A stretch of DNA of 64,000 nt from Ascoidea asiatica JCM 7603 (lineage: Eukaryota > Fungi > Ascomycota): assembly GCA_001600695.1 (NCBI GenBank), contig BCKQ01000015.1, positions 112,028 to 176,027 of the forward strand, in the 5' to 3' direction. Under the pieces are notes generated by a model. The model searched no databases. It saw only the letters and a list, made by a program, of their open reading frames with translations, and was not told the DNA's origin. This document shows, piece by piece, positions 57,482-64,000 of the stretch. Position 1 is the stretch's first letter. Every line of letters starts with the position of its first letter. Both the position numbers and the translations under genes were made by a program.

Positions 57482-58559
57482 TGAGTCCTGTTTATTGGGT
57501 CTCCTTGAAATTTCTGTTTTTAAAAAAAGGGTCCTCTTCTGTTTCTATTTCTTTTAATGGTTTATTGTCTTGAATTTATTGTTTAATTCTTTTCTTTTCT
57601 TTTTTTTTTGAGATTAAATGAAGTATTTTGAATTTATTTTTTATTAAATTCCTTTAATTTTATTAATCTACAATTTCAATAATAAGAACTGTATGCTTCC
57701 AGTAATGTTCTTTTCTATTCTTCCGTGAAAACAAAGAAAAGAATTCAAGAATAATAAATAAAGAATTCATTATAGTATTTAATCTGTATTCTTTTCTAGA
57801 AACATTATTTTTTCTTTTTTTTGTCAAAAGTTTTTAAATTTTGAATCTCATTAATTAAAAACCTTTGTTACTATACTTTTTTGTGAATATGTTTTTGATA
57901 AAACATTTAAAAATTTGAACAATTAACTCTCATAGAACTTTTTCATAGCCTACTAACTAGAATAATAAGTTCAATTTTAAATTCTAAATTCCATTGTTTT
58001 ATTATTATTATTCCAATTCATTGGGAAAAATTCTATTTTAAAACAAAAATTTTAATTTATGTGAATACACTGAACTTGGAAAACCTGTTTTAAGAAGAAA
58101 TACTATTACAACTCAACTGCTAGATAAATATATTGCTGTACAGACTTATTTACTCAGGTACCAGAACATTTTTATCTTTTCAATTTCATTAAAAATAGTT
58201 TTTCAAAATGTTTTTTTGAAAACTTTTTTTTATTTGAATTCTTTAAATAAATATCAAAAACTAAATATATGAATATCTCAATATTTCCAACATTTTAAAT
58301 TTTTATCTTTTCATCACTTATCAGTAATTACTTATTGTTCGCTTTTTTTATAAATTACTAATTAAACTTATTAATTGATTATTATCAATAATTAAAATAT
58401 AACTATTACTAGTAAAAATTAATAAATCCATTCACTCTTTTATAACATTTCAATTCCATATATCAATTTTTCTTTTATTAAAAACTAAAAGTGAATAAAT
58501 CTTTTTAGAACTAAAACAAAAATTTCAATACTTTTTTATTATAATTTTAAATTTCAAAA

Positions 58560-59129
58560 ATGTTTTCTTTAAAAATATTTTTATTAATTAATTGTTTATT
58601 ATTATTTTCTAATGCTTCTATTCTTTATTCAAGATCAGTAACTACTGTGACAACAAATTCCAACAATGATATAGTAAATGCAATTGTAGCTGCTTTACTT
58701 GATGTATCTTCATCAACTAATACAATAACTGATAATAAATCAAGCTCTTCAAATTCAGATTCAACAACAACAACAACAATAACAAATGATGATTTATATG
58801 TAGCTGATTATTTTACAAGCACACGAACAAGCACAAGTACCAGTACTAGTACCAGTACAAGTACAGGTACAAGCACATCCATAAGTACAATCTTAACTCC
58901 AATTTATTACACCAATTCATCTTTAAACACAAGTTATAATTATACTTCTTTAGATCTTAGTTTAGGAAATTTTTCATCCATATCTGTTCTGGATTTAACA
59001 AATGCTATTAATATCATTTATGAAGTTTCTTCTGCTGTAGCTATTGCTTCTTCAAAAACAAAAGTTAAAACCTCTGCTTCTAATGTTTCTGATTTTGCAA
59101 GCTCTCTTAAAAATTTATTAAAAAAATAA
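58560..59129 (+). CDS. Secreted Ser/Thr-rich protein of unknown function
   Basis: Signal-peptide-like N-terminus (…LLLFSNA), TS repeats, N-glycosylation sequons. Confidence 0.75.
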   Translation: MFSLKIFLLINCLLLFSNASILYSRSVTTVTTNSNNDIVNAIVAALLDVSSSTNTITDNKSSSSNSDSTTTTTITNDDLYVADYFTSTRTSTSTSTSTSTSTGTSTSISTILTPIYYTNSSLNTSYNYTSLDLSLGNFSSISVLDLTNAINIIYEVSSAVAIASSKTKVKTSASNVSDFASSLKNLLKK

Positions 59130-60508
59130 GTGTTGCAATAACTAAAACCTATGCCTAAAATTGGATTTTCGTTTTTCACTTTTTCCTTTTGTTTCTCTTT
59201 CTATTTCTATTTCTATTTCTCTTTTTTATTTTTTTTGTTTTTTTTGTTTTTTTGTTTTATTTTTATGAATTTTTCATTATTTTTCTATTCAATAATATTA
59301 ATTTACATTTCATTTTTTGTGAGTAATTTATAATTACCAATTTTCTTTTCATTTGAATTTTGATTCAATATTTATTTATCATTTCTACTATATTAAATAC
59401 AAGCTTAACTTTAAAAACAAACAAAACTAAAAAAATAAAAATTATCGAATGTCCTCTGTAGTATGAAAAACATCTTTAGCCTAATCTGGTTAAACATTAT
59501 TATAAAATACTAAGTTCTAAACAAAAGAAAGTTGTAAGATATTTTTTAAAAGTAAAAATTTATCCAAAGTAATTTTGTAAGACAATATATTCCTGAAAAA
59601 TATTTGTTCATAAATATTTTCCATATTGAGTTTTATTTCAATAATTTTCCAACAACTAATAAATTGTGATTTCATCATTCAATTTAGATGAGTGGATTCT
59701 GTATCTCAAATGTTACTTGCCTTAAAGAAAAGAAAAATAAACCTTTAAACTTTTGGAGTATCGGTAAAGCACTTTAATTCAAATACAGACATTTTGGGAT
59801 ATTCGAATTTAATTGTAAAATATATGAACATATATTCAAACAGATTTATAACAATAATTATAAACATCCTAGATAAGTTTCTTTATGTAGAAACAGAAAA
59901 ACAAAATTTTAATTTCTTTCAATTTAAGACAGAAGAAATTTCTTCAATTTTAAATTAATATTGTCTATAGCTTCACATGGATTAGAAGGTTTCCTTAAAG
60001 TTTTGTATTTGTCAAATATGTTAAAAGTTGGTAAGAGTTCTGGAGTTTGAAAGATAATAATTTCAATCATTGATTCTAATCACTTATTTATTCGAATCAT
60101 TGATTTAAATCAAGTGAGTTTGAGATAAGAATATTTTCTAAAGTGATGAAGTAATAATTTATTTTCTTAGTAAAAAAATTATTCTCAGTACATTAAAAGA
60201 ATATACTGTATGTTTCGATACTTTCCAATGGGTTTTCTAGTTGAATTGATTAGATTAAATTCAATACATTGTATTTTGTTAGTGAGTCATTAAAATTGAC
60301 TTCGGATTAAAAATAATTAAATAATAAATTTTGGTGGCGAATTAATTTGAATTAGAAGATAGATAAAAGAAAAACATGATTTTCTTGAAGATATAAAAAG
60401 GCAAGGAGAGTTAAAAATTTTAGTGTTTCAAAATTAATTTTTTTTATTTTTTTCATTTTCCAAGCAAAGAACATTGATTAAATTCAAGATATTATTGAAA
60501 TAAAAAAG

Positions 60509-61414
60509 ATGAACCAAGATTTTTATGGTAATAGTTATAAACCAGTAGGATATTTAGGCTCAGGACTGAACTATAATAATAAATTAATCAAAAATGGAAA
60601 TCCAAATTCAAAATATCTTACATCAGCCAATATTGCACCGGAATCTAATCATAATAATCAGTTAGTTCAAAGAAATAATAGTTATTATAACCAATTAGCT
60701 CAAATGAATAGTAATAGTAATACTGGTAATAATAATAATCATACTCATCATCATGAACATAAACATAAACATAAATCATCAAGGTTCAGTTCAATGATCT
60801 CTAGAAGATCATCTTCTTCAACTGGTCAATATAGTTATTATAAGGAAGAATTCAGTTATTCAAATGGATCAAATCAAATGGGTGGGAAATATTTAAAATA
60901 TCAAACCCAATCAAATGGTTCAGCACCTGTTGTGTATGAAAGAAAAGCATTTTATAAAGGAAATCCAAATTGTAATTCAAATCCAAATCCAAATCCATAT
61001 CCAAATCCATATCCAAATCCAAATCCAAATCCAAATCCAAATCCAAATACTAGTAGATCTATATTCAATAACAGTCTAATTAAAAGTAAAAGAAAAGATA
61101 GAACTAACGATAGAAATAATTACTCAAATTACAATAATCATGGTTCAAATTCAAGAGAAATGAATTCTAAGTATAATAATGAATATACAGAAGGAAGTGA
61201 CAGTGATAGTGATAGTGGTAGTGAAAATGAGGAAGAAAAAGTAAATAACTTTAATCAGTATAAGAATTTAAACTCAAACCAATTAATTAGCCAAAGACAA
61301 CTGATGAATCAAACTCAACCTTTTTTCACTAATCCAAATATTTACAATGATCCATTTTTTAGATCAGAATTTTTCGGAAATAGCAATTCATTTTTTGGAA
61401 ATTCACAGTACTGA
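60509..61414 (+). CDS. Low-complexity Asn/Ser-rich protein with (NP)n repeats and a His tract
   Basis: 301-codon ORF with A-rich ATG context and an upstream TATAAAA; no recognisable domain. Confidence 0.65.
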   Translation: MNQDFYGNSYKPVGYLGSGLNYNNKLIKNGNPNSKYLTSANIAPESNHNNQLVQRNNSYYNQLAQMNSNSNTGNNNNHTHHHEHKHKHKSSRFSSMISRRSSSSTGQYSYYKEEFSYSNGSNQMGGKYLKYQTQSNGSAPVVYERKAFYKGNPNCNSNPNPNPYPNPYPNPNPNPNPNPNTSRSIFNNSLIKSKRKDRTNDRNNYSNYNNHGSNSREMNSKYNNEYTEGSDSDSDSGSENEEEKVNNFNQYKNLNSNQLISQRQLMNQTQPFFTNPNIYNDPFFRSEFFGNSNSFFGNSQY

Positions 61415-61711
61415 AAATAAATTTAAATTCCTATACGATTAATCAACCTATAATATATATAATAAAATACAAATTATTTTACATTTTGAAACTTTTAATA
61501 ATTAATCTTCAAGAATACTTAAATGAAATTGTTGATCCTAATTTTACCGAGATAAATTAAAGTTAATCTACGTAACACCGGTCGATTGTTTAAAAAGCAC
61601 CGTGGTTTATCTACGTAACACCAGTTTCTTTAATCAAGAAAACTAGTCACGTTATTTCCCGTTAAGAGCAAAGTATTTTTTCTACCGTCCCACTGGATTC
61701 CCGATTATGAT

Positions 61712-62131
61712 TGTTAATCATTTTATTCTTTTATTGGAATTGTCTTCGAATATTCTAGGCTATTCTTAGACTTTCTAAGATTGCATAGATTGTTTTACGA
61801 CTACATTCTATTGCGTTCTCAGAACTTCCGTGTGCATGTTAAATGTACTAAAACGTTCTGGGTCTGCATTATTTATTCTTACTTCGAAGGTCTGCGTGCA
61901 TCTCGAATGAACTGGAATCTTCGTGGTTGTTCTCAGAATGATGTAGTGTCTTCTAGAACAATACTTTATTTTATTTCTTTTCTTAAGTATGGGAAGTGAA
62001 CTTTCACATACTAAATTTACAAATTTATTCTTAAGATGGGTTACCCGCTCCTATTTTCCACTAATATAAATAGGGCACTTACCTCCCACATTTTTGATAT
62101 AATTTTTATATATTTTATATTTTCATTAACA
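61712..62131 (+). mobile_element. Probable retrotransposon LTR (420 bp)
   Basis: TG...CA ends with inverted termini TGTTAATCA/TCATTAACA, internal TATAAATA near 62066, higher GC than flanks; no TSD found. Confidence 0.5.
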
Positions 62132-62169
62132 ATTGTTTATAATTTGAATTAGATATCCTCTTGGTAATA

Positions 62170-62775
62170 ATTAGATATTTCGTTCAAACTACATTCAATT
62201 ACAACAACGCCACTACCCTAACTTTACGGAAAACACTCGGTGTTCCCAAACTCAAAACCTCCCTTGTTTCCAATCCGACCATCCTATTTAAAAACATTTT
62301 ATCTCCTAAACCGTGAAATGTGTTCCACTCAGATTTTTACAAAAATTACAAAAGTTTTGTTCTCTTATTGAAGGGCGGTAAACATGCAATCCCTTTTTAC
62401 CAATGGAACAAAATAATCGACGACTATGCCTTTTTTTTGTTAACAAACAATTAAACAAACACAAATCTCGTGACTATAAAACAAACACTTTCACAAATGT
62501 GGTCTCCAATGACCAACCAAAATATGTCATATGATACGTTTATGTGTATATCGCATGAAGATGCTCTGCCAACGCATTAACAAAATGTATTAGATAAGTC
62601 TATCTAGATGATATTTAATATTGTAAAAATACTGATTGAAGCTATATATTTTGAATTACTTCATGCTTAGCATTGACATTAAGTTTGATAATTAAGGGAT
62701 TACTGACTTATATAAATGGGATAAATCCTACGAATTGATTGGTAATGACACCTACGGCAGATTGATCAATTAGTG
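62170..62775 (+). pseudogene. Possible decayed gag-like coding relic following the LTR
   Basis: Broken frames such as KNYKSFVLLLKGGKHAIPFYQWNKIIDDYAF with coding-like composition; homology not verified. Confidence 0.25.
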
Positions 62776-64000
62776 TTTATTACACCATCCTTCTCTTCAC
62801 AAGCGGCATCGAAGACGTTTGGAATTGATAAAATAAAAGTTGAATTTTAATGATGGAATCATTTTGTTAAAAATATTGAATTGATTGAAATTCTTGAAAA
62901 TGGAATTTTATAATATTATATCAGTGACGTTATTGAATTAGTTTTTAAATTGAGTTGCTCTAAACTTTTATTTTCTTCTCTCTGATGTGATTCATTGAAT
63001 ATTAGATTACTTTTTTGTTTGATTCTTTAACTATTCTACGTGTCTGTAATGCCATTATTGTCTTATAGTATTATTATATAATTATTTAGTTTCCTTTTTT
63101 TCTTAGTTTCCTATTATATTATTATATTATCACATTATTATATTGTTATATCATTATATTATTATATTATTATACTGCTTTATTATTAAATTATTATAGG
63201 ATTATATGATTATATTGATATATTATTATACTGTTATTTTATTATATTATTAACTGATTATATTCTTCTATGATTATATGATTAATTGATTATATTATTA
63301 TATGATTATATTATTATACTATTGATTGAATAACTATCCAAATGATAGATTTGTATGAAAACAGAAAACGTAATTTCTATAATAGTAGTGATAAAAATTG
63401 CTTGGTAGTTAAAAAATAAAACACCATAGTAAAGTCACGAGGTTTACGATTTCTGATTTTCAATTTTAGAAAATCACGTGTTAACATTATATGAATTTGC
63501 TAACAAAATTTCGAAAAATGAGAATTTGATTAACAAAATTGAATAAAAATTTGAAATTAAATAAAATTGAATTGATAAAAACTACGATAAAAAAATAAAA
63601 TAAAAAGGTGGAATAAAAAGAATAACTCTGGAATGATCATTAGCTTTTGTTGATTAAGCTAATCTAGTTATTTTATAAAAATAGTGTGTATAAAACTTTT
63701 TATGATTGAAAATGATTTACTAACTTTTTATTTGAAAATTATTTGTGAATTTTATAAGTTTTTTAAGTAATATACTAAGGGAAATATAATGAATAGGTTC
63801 ATTATGATGGTGAATTAATGGGAAATTGAAAGATACTATTATTTATGAAAAATGAGTTGAATAATGTGAAAATTTTTGATGTTGAATAAATTGTCTTTTT
63901 TTTTTGATATACTTATTTGTTCTTTAATAATTGTTGAAATTTTGAATAATTAAATAAATTTTAAATGTTATTATTAATTCCTTCCTCCCTCTTCTGAAAA

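Larger units (their letters stand above)
56989..57566. repeat. Right arm of the inverted repeat (Phe-Glu-Lys cassette)
   Basis: Reverse complement of 49662-50238. Confidence 0.95.

Noticed and set aside
63060-63325. ATTAT-rich tract as a possible point-centromere CDEII
   Set aside because: No recognisable CDEI/CDEIII arrangement; similar tracts occur elsewhere in the window

Overview
Very AT-rich budding-yeast (Saccharomycotina) genomic DNA. Its composition and poly-Asn tracts are reminiscent of Ascoidea, but that assignment is inference only. The window has about 17 apparently intact protein genes: VTC4, an FMO1-like monooxygenase, RNR2, a GST-fold protein, a Zn2Cys6 factor, a Rho-like fusion protein, BMT2, an HRK1-like kinase, AIM14, a GH28 polygalacturonase, a Ypk/Sch9-like kinase, two GFA proteins, two F-box-like/LRR proteins, a Sil1-N-motif protein and a secreted S/T-rich protein. 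It also has several pseudogenes (two damaged alpha-glucoside permeases, and SKI2, OPT and LRR relics), 17 tRNA loci (15 intact, 2 degenerate) and a probable LTR. The main unexplained structure is a convergent tRNA-Glu(UUC)/tRNA-Lys(UUU) cassette present four times in two spacer subfamilies. Three copies form the arms of two chained inverted duplications: 39.5-42.8 kb mirrors 48.6-50.0 kb, and 49.7-50.2 kb mirrors 57.0-57.6 kb. Several homology breakpoints fall exactly at tRNA ends. The arms enclose cargo: PGU1 plus a kinase in one case, and a tRNA-bounded SKI2 fragment plus an OPT fragment in the other.
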